Assembly (NCBI GenBank): GCA_030619825.1
Contig: JAUXAS010000003.1
Span: 1 to 35,087, forward strand
Reading direction: 5' to 3'
Origin: Hadesarchaea archaeon
GTDB lineage: Archaea > Hadarchaeota > Hadarchaeia > Hadarchaeales > Hadarchaeaceae
Length of the DNA stretch: 35,087 bases
The translations under genes and the position numbers were made by a program. Each line of letters begins with the position of its first letter. Position 1 is the first letter of the stretch. Below the pieces are notes generated by a model. The model saw nothing but the letters and a program-made list of their open reading frames with translations. It ran no database searches and was not told the DNA's origin. Of the stretch, positions 15,678 to 25,766 are shown piece after piece.

Positions 15678-17435
15678 CTAACGATGCTTCGCACCCTTCT
15701 CGGCCCGCACGCGTTTCAGCGTCCCCTCTGGATCGCGGTAATATTCTTGGATGACCCTGCCAACCTCGAAGATGTTCCGAATGCCCTGATGTTTCATCCA
15801 CCCGAGCACCGCTACACGCTTCTCGAGCTCGATCTCGATGTCGTTTCCGCTCATCCCGCTGAACTCGGCTATCGTGCGTTTAATCTTGCTGGGAACACCA
15901 GTTGGCTCGACCACATCCGTTCTGGGGTTCCACTTGAAGACGCGGCTGAGTTGTGGCTTACCCCCCTCCAGACCCGTCACCTCGGCGACCTCCGTGACCC
16001 TTCGAATCTGTCCTTTCTGACGATGGTAGATGCGCTGCTGCATGACGATCACATCAAGCGCCGAGATCATTATCTCGGGGACAGCCATCGGGGCCTCGGT
16101 CAAGCGGGCGATTGTTTCAACGGCGCTGTTCGAGTGCACGGTGCCCATGCAGCCATCGTGCCCAGTATTCATCGCGGTAAACAGCGTCTGCGCCTCTGGA
16201 CCTCTGACCTCCCCCACAATCATCCGATTAGGCCTCATGCGGAGCGCATTCTTGACAAGATCGTCCATAATAATCTCCCCCCGTCCTTCAACATTGGGGG
16301 GACGAGTCTCGAGTCTGATCCAGTGCTTGTGCGGCAGCTGGAGTTCGGCAGTGTCCTCGATCGAGATGATGCGCTCCCGCTCGGGAACGAAGGTGGTAGC
16401 GGCGTTGAGGGTGGTAGTCTTCCCGCAACCTGTCCCCCCCGCGAAGAGGATGTTAGCAGGCTTGATACCGAAACCATCCACGGTTAGCCAGAGGAAAGCG
16501 GCAACACCCGTCGACAAGGTACCAACGTTCAGGATGTCAATTATCGTGAGCGGGTCCTTGCGGAACTTCCGTATCGAGATCGTCGGCCCCCCGAGGGAGA
16601 CCGGCGGGATGGTAGCATTTACTCTGCTCCCATCGGGTAGCCGTGCATCGAGTAAAGGCGTCTGTTGGTCTATTCGCCTACCCACAACGCGAGCCATCTT
16701 ATCTATGATGTACTTGATCGGTTCCTCGTCTTCAAAAACCACGTTTATAAAGCACATCCCATACTTTCGATGATAGACATAAACAGGTTTGTGCACAGCT
16801 GTCACCATGATGTCCTCGAGCTTATCGTCGGCTATCATGGGGTCAAGCGGGCCGTACCCCAGCATGTCCCGCACCGCCACCTCGCCCAGATGCTTTATGC
16901 GCCCGGGCGAGAGGCGTAAGCCCTTACCATCACGTTCGATTATCTTCAGGACCTCGCGCATGAAGGTGCTTCGACGCTCAGCCGGGTCCGGAATCTTATC
17001 CGGATCGATTTTTATTTCCTCAACGGCTGTTTCCTTTGCCACGTCAAGGAGCTTTTGTTCCTGCCTCGTCAGTTCAGGCAGTCTCAGCTTGTAAAAAGGT
17101 AGAGCTTCACCCTCCACCGATAAGATATCAACTTGGCCATAGCTCTCCAGCACCTTTCCGGCTTCGGGGGCTTTTATCTCCCTGATAGCTGCTGTGGGCA
17201 CCACGGGCTCGGGCCCCGGTTCTGGCTTTTCGACGGCCTCGGCCGTCTTTGGCGGTGCCTCCGCTAGAAGATCCGAGAGAAATCCTCCACCCTTACCCGC
17301 TAGGGACTCGAGCTCCAAGGCTGGGGCCTTTCTAGGCCTCCTAAGCTCTTTGCCCTGGCGAGCAGCCTTTCTCTTATTAGGCATGGCCCTTTTCTCCCTA
17401 GACATCCTAGAGATAGGCTTTTTCTTCTTATGCAC
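15678..17435 (-). CDS. Type II/IV secretion ATPase (TadA/FlaI/GspE superfamily) with a ~130-aa basic/Pro-rich N-terminal extension
   Basis: Walker A FAGGTGCGKTTTLNA, Walker B-like RMIVGEVRG and a His box TGHDGCMGTVH are present. The GTG start at 17435 is preceded by GGAGGTGA. Confidence 0.9.
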   Translation of the reverse strand: MHKKKKPISRMSREKRAMPNKRKAARQGKELRRPRKAPALELESLAGKGGGFLSDLLAEAPPKTAEAVEKPEPGPEPVVPTAAIREIKAPEAGKVLESYGQVDILSVEGEALPFYKLRLPELTRQEQKLLDVAKETAVEEIKIDPDKIPDPAERRSTFMREVLKIIERDGKGLRLSPGRIKHLGEVAVRDMLGYGPLDPMIADDKLEDIMVTAVHKPVYVYHRKYGMCFINVVFEDEEPIKYIIDKMARVVGRRIDQQTPLLDARLPDGSRVNATIPPVSLGGPTISIRKFRKDPLTIIDILNVGTLSTGVAAFLWLTVDGFGIKPANILFAGGTGCGKTTTLNAATTFVPERERIISIEDTAELQLPHKHWIRLETRPPNVEGRGEIIMDDLVKNALRMRPNRMIVGEVRGPEAQTLFTAMNTGHDGCMGTVHSNSAVETIARLTEAPMAVPEIMISALDVIVMQQRIYHRQKGQIRRVTEVAEVTGLEGGKPQLSRVFKWNPRTDVVEPTGVPSKIKRTIAEFSGMSGNDIEIELEKRVAVLGWMKHQGIRNIFEVGRVIQEYYRDPEGTLKRVRAEKGAKHR

Positions 17436-17485
17436 GAGGTCACCTCCAGCATAATCATTGATTTAAAATCCGATAAAAGATTATC

Positions 17486-17512
17486 TAATTTGACCTCTTT
17501 AGGTAATTTGAC
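17486..17512. promoter_or_regulatory. Direct repeat TAATTTGAC x2 in the ATPase/thermosome divergent intergenic region
   Basis: TAATTTGAC occurs at 17486-17494 and 17504-17512, spaced 18 bp apart. This is upstream of the thermosome TATA-like TTATAAAC (17535-17542). Confidence 0.3.
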
Positions 17513-17576
17513 TTCCTCGGGGGAGAAGTTAAGCTTATAAACAATGAGCACCCCCAAAAATTGATGAGGTAGTTGG

Positions 17577-19217
17577 ATGAGCGCGGTAATGGGAGGAAAA
17601 CCTGTACTCGTGCTGCCCGAAGGCACACGGAGGTTAATTGGACGCGATGCTCAGCGTATGAACATCCTCGCAGCCCGTGTAATCAGCGAAGCCGTCCGTA
17701 CAACCCTTGGGCCACGCGGCATGGATAAGATGTTAGTTGATAGTTTGGGGGATGTCGTGATTACGAACGACGGTGTTACGATTCTTAAGGAGATAGAAGT
17801 CGAACATCCTGCGGCTAAGATGATAGTCGAGGTGGCGAAAACGCAGGACGATGAAGTCGGGGACGGAACAACTTCTGCTGTAATAATGGCCGGCGAGCTC
17901 CTGCACGAAGCGGAACGCTTGCTTGACCAAGTCATCCACCCCACGGTGATCGCCTCCGGCTATCGGATGGCCGCTGAGAGAGCCCAAGAGATATTGAATG
18001 GACTCGCCGATAAAGCGACAATCGACAATGAGGAACTCCTCAAACAAACGGCAATGACCGCGATGACAGGGAAGAAAGCGGAAAGCGCGAGAGAGAAACT
18101 GGCCGATCTCGCCGTAAAGGCGGTGAAACAGATAGCGGATAAAACGGATGAGGGGTACGTCATTGACATAGACTACATCGGCATCGAGAAGAAACCCGGC
18201 GAGAGCACCGACGATTCCCAGCTCATCCAGGGGGTAATCATCGACAAGGAGCGCGTTCACCCAGAGATGCCAAAACGGGTGAAAAATGCTAAAATCGCCC
18301 TTCTTGACTGCGCCCTTGAGATAAAGAAAACCGAAACCGATGCCGAAATTCGAGTCACGAGGCCTGAACAGCTTCGCGCGTTCTTGGACGAAGAAGAAAG
18401 CATGCTCAAAAAGATGGTGGATCAGATTATCGCTACTGGCGCAAATGTTGTCATGTGCCAGAAGGGGATTGATGACATCGTCCAACACTATCTCGCGAAA
18501 GCAAACATCTACGCGGTTCGGCGGGCGAAAAAATCAGATATGGAGAAATTATCCCGCGCCACGGGGGGCAAAGTCGTCACGAACATCGAGGATCTAACGA
18601 GTGCCGATCTGGGTAAAGCTGGGTTGATCGAGGAACGAAAGATAGGTGATGACAAGATGACCTTTGTAGAGGAGTGTAAGGATCCCAAGGCGGTGAGCAT
18701 ACTTGTGCGGGGTGGAACCGAGCACGTGATCGATGAGGTCGAGCGCTCTGTACACGATGCGATCAGCGTGGTCTCCGCAGTAATCGAGGACGGCAAAATC
18801 ATCGTGGGAGGTGGTGCACCCGAGATCGAACTCGCCAAGCGATTGAGGGAGTACGCGGAAACCGTTGGCGGACGTGAAGCACTTGCGGTCAACGGCTTTG
18901 CGGGTGCTATCGAAACTGTTCCGCGAACTTTGGCAGAAAATGCTGGGCTCGACACCATAGATGTCTTGGTTGACCTTCGCGCCAAGCATGAGAAACCGAA
19001 CAGTAAAAACTTTGGGATTGATGTTTACAAGGGTGAAACCGTGGATATGATGAAAATTGGGGTTATCGAACCTCTGCGCACGAAAACCCAAGCGATAAAA
19101 TCGGCGAGTGAAGCCGCAATAATGATCCTCCGGATTGACGACGTGATATCTTCTTCTAAAAAGGGGATCACGCCGCCGATGGGACCCCCTGGAGAAGGGG
19201 ATATGGGCGAGGAGTAA
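17577..19217 (+). CDS. ths: Thermosome subunit (group II chaperonin)
   Basis: 546 aa with [25 protein letters not shown] and VVGGGAPE motifs and a C-terminal GxM-rich tail. Confidence 0.95.
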   Translation: MSAVMGGKPVLVLPEGTRRLIGRDAQRMNILAARVISEAVRTTLGPRGMDKMLVDSLGDVVITNDGVTILKEIEVEHPAAKMIVEVAKTQDDEVGDGTTSAVIMAGELLHEAERLLDQVIHPTVIASGYRMAAERAQEILNGLADKATIDNEELLKQTAMTAMTGKKAESAREKLADLAVKAVKQIADKTDEGYVIDIDYIGIEKKPGESTDDSQLIQGVIIDKERVHPEMPKRVKNAKIALLDCALEIKKTETDAEIRVTRPEQLRAFLDEEESMLKKMVDQIIATGANVVMCQKGIDDIVQHYLAKANIYAVRRAKKSDMEKLSRATGGKVVTNIEDLTSADLGKAGLIEERKIGDDKMTFVEECKDPKAVSILVRGGTEHVIDEVERSVHDAISVVSAVIEDGKIIVGGGAPEIELAKRLREYAETVGGREALAVNGFAGAIETVPRTLAENAGLDTIDVLVDLRAKHEKPNSKNFGIDVYKGETVDMMKIGVIEPLRTKTQAIKSASEAAIMILRIDDVISSSKKGITPPMGPPGEGDMGEE

Positions 19218-19220
19218 CCG

Positions 19221-19682
19221 CTAGCGGATGAACACGACCGCTGCCAGCGCGGCCCCATGGTTCTCAACGATGTGCCCAGATGAAATGGAAGTTGCCTTCG
19301 TCGGCTCGAGTCCACGTCTTTCCATCATATTTCTTGCCATCGTTTCAACAGTCATGCCAGCCATCTTCTGGGTAACGCCGATATCATGATATTCTGAAAC
19401 TATCCCGTGTGAGGTTTCGCTCATCGTAATACCGACCGCGGCGGCAATCTTCTGACCTGGCGTCGAACTGGAGATTTTCGCCATGATAATTGGAGTGATG
19501 GTGCCTGGCTCGAGCTTCGGCATCTTGACAATTTTACATCCTACCGGCCAAATGCTCGAAACTGATACAAGGTTGAGCTCGGCGATGCCCGCCTTGCTGA
19601 GCGCATTGTCAAACGCCACCAACTCGAATGGCCCATCTGCGTCGGCCGCAACTAAAGCAGCTTCCTTCGGAACATCCCACAT
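19221..19682 (-). CDS. pdaD: Pyruvoyl-dependent arginine decarboxylase
   Basis: 153 aa. FDNALSKAGIAELNLVSVSSIWP contains the Ser-Ser self-cleavage site typical of PdaD. Confidence 0.9.
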   Translation of the reverse strand: MWDVPKEAALVAADADGPFELVAFDNALSKAGIAELNLVSVSSIWPVGCKIVKMPKLEPGTITPIIMAKISSSTPGQKIAAAVGITMSETSHGIVSEYHDIGVTQKMAGMTVETMARNMMERRGLEPTKATSISSGHIVENHGAALAAVVFIR

Positions 19683-19686
19683 GATT

Positions 19687-21261
19687 TCATCCTATGCGAG
19701 GACGGTGCGTCATCTTCTCGAGCAACATTCCTCCTATCGTTATCGGTGGGTTACGTTTGGCAATACGTAATGCATCGTCTAATCTCGTTTCGTGTTTCGC
19801 ATAAATTTCAAGGATTGGCTCATCTTTACTCACCTTCCGCCCCTCCTTGAGCATGACTCTTAACCCAGCTCCCTTATCGCGTGGGGCGCCTACAGTACGA
19901 GCTATCTCGTTGATACACGCATTATCAATATTAATCACGTACCCATCGTGGGGCGCGAGTATGACCTCCTTTTTATCGCCGATTGGGATTTCCTCCGGCT
20001 TCACGTCCGGGTTGCCTCCCTGAGCCTCGATGATTTCGCGCATTTTTTGGTTGGCCTTGCCCGAATTCAGTATTTCACATGCCATCTGCCTGCCCATCCC
20101 GGGGCTAGCGACCTCGCCGAGCTCGAGCATTATGCCCGCCAAACTCGTTGCTTTTTCGACCAAGCTTCCTGGCCCGTTGCCACGCAGGGTTTCAAGCGCT
20201 TCCCTAGCTTCGAGAGCCGGGCCAACCGCGTAACCCACGGGCTGACCACCGTAGGTTATGGCCACCTCAACTTGCACGTCGAGCCTATGCCCAAGCTCCA
20301 TAAAGTCGTGGGCAAAGCTCCGGGCTTGGTCCATTGCCTCAACCTTTGCCCCGGGCCCGGTCGGGATGTCGATCAAGATACGATCGGCGCCCACCGCTAA
20401 CTTCTTTGACATCACGCTCGCAAGCAATTGGCAGCGTGGATCTACCCCAAGCGTGCGTTCGACGCCAATGATGATGTCATCCGCTGGAGCTAACCTGACT
20501 GCACCACCCCAAGCTAAAACTGCACCGACCTTCTGCACGATCCGCTTGATTTCATCCATGTCGAGGGTTACGTTTGCGAGGACCTCCATCACATCCGCGG
20601 TTCCAGCTGCACTCGTTATAGCCCTGCTGCTCGTCTTTGGCACCACCAAACCGGCTGCGGCCACTATCGGAACTGCGACCATAGCGTACTTGTTGCCTGG
20701 AACACCCCCTATGCTGTGGACATCGAGCACAGGGCTGATGTTCAGCTCGAGCCTGTCGCCGGAACTGACCATTCGCTGAGTCAGAGCAACGATCTCGCTT
20801 GTGGTCATCCCTTGAATGACTTCTGCGACTACAAAAGCTGACATCTCCGCGGAGCTCAAGTTCATCGCGGTGATGTCATCGACTATCGTGTAGATTTCCT
20901 CGGTTGTTAGCTGTTGTCCTGACATCTTCTTCTTGATGAAATCAACCGACCGAGGACGGGGAACAAGCGTGACGGATAGAATATCTCCTAGCTTAAGGCC
21001 GAGAGCCTCAGTTACCTCGATGAAGGCGCCTACTTCGCCCCGCCGCACCATTCGCTTCGTCGTGTTGGCGATCGCGACCAGCTTAGCCTTCGGGGCTGCC
21101 AGCTGCACCCTATCTCCCGCGAAGTGTCCGAGCTCCTCCGCATCCTGTTCGTGGAGCACAACGATGTGTCGCCCGGTTTCCATGTCGAGCGGCTTCGCTT
21201 TCAAAGGTATGGATTTCATGCTATCAGGAAATTTATTTTGCAACTCATTGGATTTAAACAT
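19687..21261 (-). CDS. deoA: AMP phosphorylase (archaeal thymidine-phosphorylase family, with N-terminal extra domain)
   Basis: About 520 aa. The N-terminal LKAKPLDMETGRHIVVLHEQDAEELG domain is followed by the glycosyltransferase family 3 core (DVHSIGGVPGNK...TSSRAITSAAGTAD). An alternative start lies at 21219. Confidence 0.85.
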   Translation of the reverse strand: MFKSNELQNKFPDSMKSIPLKAKPLDMETGRHIVVLHEQDAEELGHFAGDRVQLAAPKAKLVAIANTTKRMVRRGEVGAFIEVTEALGLKLGDILSVTLVPRPRSVDFIKKKMSGQQLTTEEIYTIVDDITAMNLSSAEMSAFVVAEVIQGMTTSEIVALTQRMVSSGDRLELNISPVLDVHSIGGVPGNKYAMVAVPIVAAAGLVVPKTSSRAITSAAGTADVMEVLANVTLDMDEIKRIVQKVGAVLAWGGAVRLAPADDIIIGVERTLGVDPRCQLLASVMSKKLAVGADRILIDIPTGPGAKVEAMDQARSFAHDFMELGHRLDVQVEVAITYGGQPVGYAVGPALEAREALETLRGNGPGSLVEKATSLAGIMLELGEVASPGMGRQMACEILNSGKANQKMREIIEAQGGNPDVKPEEIPIGDKKEVILAPHDGYVINIDNACINEIARTVGAPRDKGAGLRVMLKEGRKVSKDEPILEIYAKHETRLDDALRIAKRNPPITIGGMLLEKMTHRPRIG

Positions 21262-21289
21262 TCGCCAACTTGGATAAATGATACTTAGA

Positions 21290-22096
21290 TTAACGAGTTA
21301 AACGTGCGGCTGCTTTCAAAGTTTTTCCAAACTGGTCAAGTTCCCGCAACATTTTTTGTGGATTCTCCAAATTTTTAGCAATCAAATTAACGAACGCGCT
21401 GCCGACTATCGCTCCGTCCGCCCCAGCCTTTATAACCTCTTTAACATGTTCGGGTTTTGATATCCCGAACCCAACAGCGATCGGCACCCGTGAGATCTTT
21501 CGAACATCGGCAATCAGCGGTTTGACTAACCCGGAAAGTCGCTCTCGAGCCCCCGTCACTCCGAGCAAGGAAACAACGTAGAGAAAACCACTTGATGCAT
21601 CGCATATGCGCTTGAGGCGTTTGGGAGTCGTTGTGGGTGCGACCAAGAGAATCAGATCGGCCCCCCGCTTTTTCGTCGCCCTCAGGACTTCGCCGGCCTC
21701 TTCCACTGGTAGGTCTGGAATTACGATGCCGTCCATCCCTGCTGCCGTGAAATCTAGCATGAACTTGTCGACGCCGCGTTTGAACACTATGTTAAAGTAA
21801 GTCAACACCACCAGTGGAACCTCACTAGTGCGACGGATTTGTCTAATTACCTCCCGCACGGTCTCGGGAGTCGTGCCTGCCTTCAGTGCTCGGTCGGCCG
21901 CCCCTTGGATTGTGGGGCCATCTGCGATTGGGTCGGAAAAGGGAATTCCAAGCTCAACGATGTCCGCGTGCTTGGTAAGTGTCTGGACTATCCGCGGCGT
22001 TAGCTCTGGCTTTGGATCCCCGGCAGTCACGAATGCTATAAGCGCGCCCTCCCCTTTGCCCCTGAGCTCCTCGAACTTCGCGCCGATTCGGCTCAA
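21290..22096 (-). CDS. trpA: Tryptophan synthase alpha chain
   Basis: 268 aa with [24 protein letters not shown] and GFGIS motifs. 4-nt overlap with trpB. Confidence 0.95.
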   Translation of the reverse strand: MSRIGAKFEELRGKGEGALIAFVTAGDPKPELTPRIVQTLTKHADIVELGIPFSDPIADGPTIQGAADRALKAGTTPETVREVIRQIRRTSEVPLVVLTYFNIVFKRGVDKFMLDFTAAGMDGIVIPDLPVEEAGEVLRATKKRGADLILLVAPTTTPKRLKRICDASSGFLYVVSLLGVTGARERLSGLVKPLIADVRKISRVPIAVGFGISKPEHVKEVIKAGADGAIVGSAFVNLIAKNLENPQKMLRELDQFGKTLKAAARLTR

Positions 22097-23283
22097 ACTT
22101 CGACCCCCACCGCTTCCGCAGCCACCTCTACATCCTTGTCCCCGCGCCCCGAGAGGTTGATTATCACCATTTTCCCTCTGAACTTTGGAGGCATCTTTTT
22201 CAGGTAGGCGATGGCGTGTGCCGGCTCGAGCGCTGGCAGAATCCCCTCAGTCTCGGAAAGCAATTTGAACGCGTCTATTGCCTCGTCATCAGTAACGCTG
22301 TTGTAGTGAATGCGCCCCCGAAGCTTCATAAACGCATGCTCGGGGCCAACTCCTGGGTAATCCAGCCCAGCGGAGATGCTGTGGGTCGGTAAGATCTGCC
22401 CGAATTTGTCCTGCATCACGAAGCTATAGGACCCGTGAAGCACCCCCTCAGACCCATCGCAGAGCGGCGCTGCGTGCTTACCAGTTTTGAGCCCCTTCCC
22501 CCCCGCTTCGATGCCGTAGAGCTCAACGGGATCGTCAAGGAAATCGTAGAAAATTCCGATCGAGTTGCTTCCGCCACCTACGCAGGCGATAATCGCGTCC
22601 GGCAAGCGCTTCTCGGCTTGCAAAATTTGTTCCTTGGTTTCCCGCCCGATTACCCGTTGGAAATCGCGCACGATGGTAGGGTAGGGGTGGGGCCCAACTA
22701 CTGAGCCTAACAGGTAATGAGTGGTTCGAACGTTGGTCGTCCAGTCTCGGAGGGCCTCGTTGATGGCATCCTTCAGCGTGCATGAACCACTCTTGACCGG
22801 AATCACCCTTGCCCCAAGCAGACGCATTCGAAATACATTGAGACGTTGGCGCTGCATGTCCACGGTGCCCATATAAACATCGCACTTTAGCCCCAGCGTC
22901 GCGGCAGCTGTAGCGGTGGCGACCCCATGCTGTCCGGCCCCAGTTTCTGCAATCACACGAGTTTTTCCCATATATCTTGCGAGAAGGGCTTGACCCATCG
23001 TGTTGTTGATTTTATGAGCGCCCGTGTGAGCAAGGTCCTCGCGTTTGAGGTAAACCTTCATCCCAACTCGCTTCGACAAGTTTTCCGCGAGGTAAAGTGG
23101 CGTCGGGCGACCAGCATATTCACGCAGGTAATAATCTAGCTCACGCTTGAATTTTGGATCGTCCTTGAGCTTTGTGTAAGCTCTCTCCAAATCCTCTAGC
23201 GCGGGCATCAGCGTTTCGGGCACGAATTGCCCGCCAAAGTGGTCGAACTTTCCCTTCGAGGGAAACTTGTCTACGTACATCAC
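22093..23283 (-). CDS. trpB: Tryptophan synthase beta chain
   Basis: 396 aa with [23 protein letters not shown] and GGGSNSIG motifs. Confidence 0.95.
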   Translation of the reverse strand: MMYVDKFPSKGKFDHFGGQFVPETLMPALEDLERAYTKLKDDPKFKRELDYYLREYAGRPTPLYLAENLSKRVGMKVYLKREDLAHTGAHKINNTMGQALLARYMGKTRVIAETGAGQHGVATATAAATLGLKCDVYMGTVDMQRQRLNVFRMRLLGARVIPVKSGSCTLKDAINEALRDWTTNVRTTHYLLGSVVGPHPYPTIVRDFQRVIGRETKEQILQAEKRLPDAIIACVGGGSNSIGIFYDFLDDPVELYGIEAGGKGLKTGKHAAPLCDGSEGVLHGSYSFVMQDKFGQILPTHSISAGLDYPGVGPEHAFMKLRGRIHYNSVTDDEAIDAFKLLSETEGILPALEPAHAIAYLKKMPPKFRGKMVIINLSGRGDKDVEVAAEAVGVEV

Positions 23284-23942
23284 GCTTCCCTCACTGCCTC
23301 GATGAACTCACGCATGAGCCTCGCGTCCTTCTTGCCTGGACTGGATTCCACCCCGGTGGCAACATCGACACCATACGGCCGTACGATTTTTATCGCCTGT
23401 CCAACATTGGACGCATTAAGGCCACCAGCAAGGAAAATCGATTTCTTAACGGCCCCACGAATTTCGCCGCTTAAGCTCCAATCATGGGTGAAACCGGTGC
23501 CACCCCCGCTAGGTCCCTTCGTGTCGAGCAAAACGTAATCGGCAACCTCTGCCGCCTCGATGGCCCAATCGATGATTTTCTTACGATTTTCGATTTCCCG
23601 AGGAATTGGAGTGACGATGATCAATCCAGTATCGAGCCGCTCCTTGAGCTCGAGGAGTTTGCCAGCTGGAAAGGTGAGGTGAATTTGAAGGTAATCCGGC
23701 TTCAGTTCCCGCGCCATTTTTTCAACCTCACTTAAATCCTTTGGCATGATTACCGCGACTTTGGCAATGCCGCCAGAAACAGCATCTAAAATTTGCTTCG
23801 CTTGCATTGTTGTCACGTAACGAGAGGATCTTGGAACCATGATCGCCCCGACCATGTCGACGCCGAGTTCGCACGCGACCTTGACATCCTCGAGGTTCGT
23901 AAATCCACATATCTTGACCTTGACCACAAGCTCACCTTGCAT
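23280..23942 (-). CDS. trpF: Phosphoribosylanthranilate isomerase
   Basis: 220 aa. VKICGFTN...GVDMVGAIM...LLDT...GGTG...LAGGL pattern. Confidence 0.9.
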   Translation of the reverse strand: MQGELVVKVKICGFTNLEDVKVACELGVDMVGAIMVPRSSRYVTTMQAKQILDAVSGGIAKVAVIMPKDLSEVEKMARELKPDYLQIHLTFPAGKLLELKERLDTGLIIVTPIPREIENRKKIIDWAIEAAEVADYVLLDTKGPSGGGTGFTHDWSLSGEIRGAVKKSIFLAGGLNASNVGQAIKIVRPYGVDVATGVESSPGKKDARLMREFIEAVREA

Positions 23943-24717
23943 CCACTAACGATCTAACTTTTCTCTCTATATCACCCGCTTGCATCAAAGCTGTGCCCAC
24001 GAGCACTGCATCGGCCCCGGCCCTCAGCATTGCTCGCACATCCTCGGGTAAGCGGATGCCGCTCTCGCTCACCAACACCACGTCCTCGGGGACTACGGGG
24101 GCTAACTCTCTCGTGTGATCGAGATTGACATCAAGTGTCTCCAAATCGCGGTTGTTTATCCCGATAAGTCTTGCCTCGGCTGAAACGGCTAGCCTTACCT
24201 CATCCACGCTCGTAACTTCCACCAAACATTCCATTCCCAGCTCTTCTGTCAAACGCATGAATCTGGGCAGCTTTTGTTTTAGCACCCTCGCTAAGAGCAA
24301 GACCGCATCAGCCCCGAGCTCAGCCGACTCGTGGAGCTGGTACTCGTCCACGATGAAGTCCTTGCGGAGAACCGGTACCTCGACGATGTTTCGAATTTCA
24401 CGCAAGAAACTCGGATCTCCCTTGAAATACTTGGGTTCGGTGAGCACGGAGAGCGCTATGGCCCCTCCCCTGAGCATAGCGCGTGCTGCTTCGAGTACAT
24501 CCGCATCGGGGTTGATGTCGCCGGCCGAGGGTGAGGCCCGCTTGACCTCGGCTATCAAGGGGGCCCTCGGTGCCCGCTCTATTGCTGCGATCAAACTTCG
24601 TTTTGGAGAACGATTTACCACCATCGTCTCAATCGGCCTCAAGCGGGCTTGCCGTTTCACGCTGGCCCGAACGCCTTTGATTATCTTTGCCAAAACACTC
24701 AAATGCTCGCCTCCCAA
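23932..24717 (-). CDS. trpC: Indole-3-glycerol-phosphate synthase
   Basis: LIAEVKRASPS, LSVLTEPKYFKG, PVLRKDFI and GINNRDL motifs are present. The true start may be TTG 24702, which forms a TTGA overlap with the trpD stop. Confidence 0.9.
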   Translation of the reverse strand: MGGEHLSVLAKIIKGVRASVKRQARLRPIETMVVNRSPKRSLIAAIERAPRAPLIAEVKRASPSAGDINPDADVLEAARAMLRGGAIALSVLTEPKYFKGDPSFLREIRNIVEVPVLRKDFIVDEYQLHESAELGADAVLLLARVLKQKLPRFMRLTEELGMECLVEVTSVDEVRLAVSAEARLIGINNRDLETLDVNLDHTRELAPVVPEDVVLVSESGIRLPEDVRAMLRAGADAVLVGTALMQAGDIERKVRSLVDAR

Positions 24718-25766
24718 TCTCTCAATTTTTGAGGGTCACCACCCGAAGCTCCAACGAGTTGGACCACTTTCTCGTATGCGCGGCCTGAATCTACTGCATC
24801 CGCAGCCACCGCCAAGCCCTCGCGCATGTCACGAGCCTTCCCCCCCACGACCACGGCTGCCGCGGCGTTCAAAAGCACGATGTCCCGCCTCGGCCCTTGC
24901 TCGCCCCGTAGCACGCGAATCAACATCCGCACGTTCTCCGCCAAATCCTTGCCCGCTATTGCCTCTGTACCCGTCCGTCCGATTCCTACATCCTCAGGTT
25001 TAAGTTTGTATGTTCCCACATCTCCATTTTTCAACTCCGAAATTTGCGTCTCACCTAACGTGGAGATCTCATCTAACCCATCCAAACCGTGCACGACCAT
25101 TGCCCGTTTGCACCCGAGCCTGCGGAGCACGTGCGCGAGCTTCTCGGTCAGCGTTCCATCATAAACTCCCATCACCTGCGCCTGGGCGCTCGCGGGATTC
25201 GTCAGGGGGCCTAAGATATTGAAAACGGTACGGATGCCCATCTCCCGTCGTACGGGGGTAGCGTACTTCATCGCGCCGTGGAAGCGGGGGGCGAACATGA
25301 AGCCTATACCAATCGTCTCAATGCATCGCTGAACCTCATCCGGCGGAAGGTCGATTCGCACCCCCATGGCCTCAACGACATCTGCACTTCCCGCCTTGCT
25401 GGTCACCGAGCGGTTGCCATGCTTCGCGATCAGAATTCCAGCTCCCGCAGCCACAAACATCGCGGCCGTACTTATGTTGAACGTTTTAATTTTATCGCCT
25501 CCCGTGCCGCAAGTATCTACCAAGATATCATCCACCTTCGGGGTTATCCGGGCGGCGAATTCCCGCATAACCCGAGCGAATGCCGCGATCTCTTCTATCG
25601 TTTCGCCCTTCATTCGGAGCGCCGTCAGGAAGGACCCTATCTGCGCCTGCGTCGCCTCGCCCGACATGATGCACTTCATGGCTGTCTCGGCTTCGGCCCC
25701 TGTAAGGCCCTTTTTCTTAACTACTTCTGATATGACGCGCCTCATGACCTCCATCCCATCACTCAC
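24699..25766 (-). CDS. trpD: Anthranilate phosphoribosyltransferase
   Basis: 355 aa with DTCGTGGD, KHGNRSVTSKAGSADV and NILGPLTNPA motifs. Confidence 0.95.
   Translation of the reverse strand: MSDGMEVMRRVISEVVKKKGLTGAEAETAMKCIMSGEATQAQIGSFLTALRMKGETIEEIAAFARVMREFAARITPKVDDILVDTCGTGGDKIKTFNISTAAMFVAAGAGILIAKHGNRSVTSKAGSADVVEAMGVRIDLPPDEVQRCIETIGIGFMFAPRFHGAMKYATPVRREMGIRTVFNILGPLTNPASAQAQVMGVYDGTLTEKLAHVLRRLGCKRAMVVHGLDGLDEISTLGETQISELKNGDVGTYKLKPEDVGIGRTGTEAIAGKDLAENVRMLIRVLRGEQGPRRDIVLLNAAAAVVVGGKARDMREGLAVAADAVDSGRAYEKVVQLVGASGGDPQKLRDWEASI

Noticed and set aside
15327-16487. Long antisense 'shadow' ORFs. Examples are 15327-16487 (386 aa), 24125-25003 (292 aa), 3156-3848 (230 aa), 17733-18488 (251 aa), 34037-34732 (231 aa) and 16030-16773 (247 aa).
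   Set aside because: Each lies opposite a confidently identified conserved gene (ATPase, trpC/trpD, tbp, thermosome, top6B). The products are Ser/Arg/Pro-rich with no recognisable motifs, start context or Shine-Dalgarno sequence. This is the expected by-product of codon bias on the coding strand.
17561-17580. TGATGA (C-box-like) just upstream of the thermosome ATG, considered as a possible C/D box sRNA
   Set aside because: There is no matching D box (CTGA) or terminal stem at the right spacing. The string overlaps the GAGGT Shine-Dalgarno sequence and start codon of the thermosome gene.
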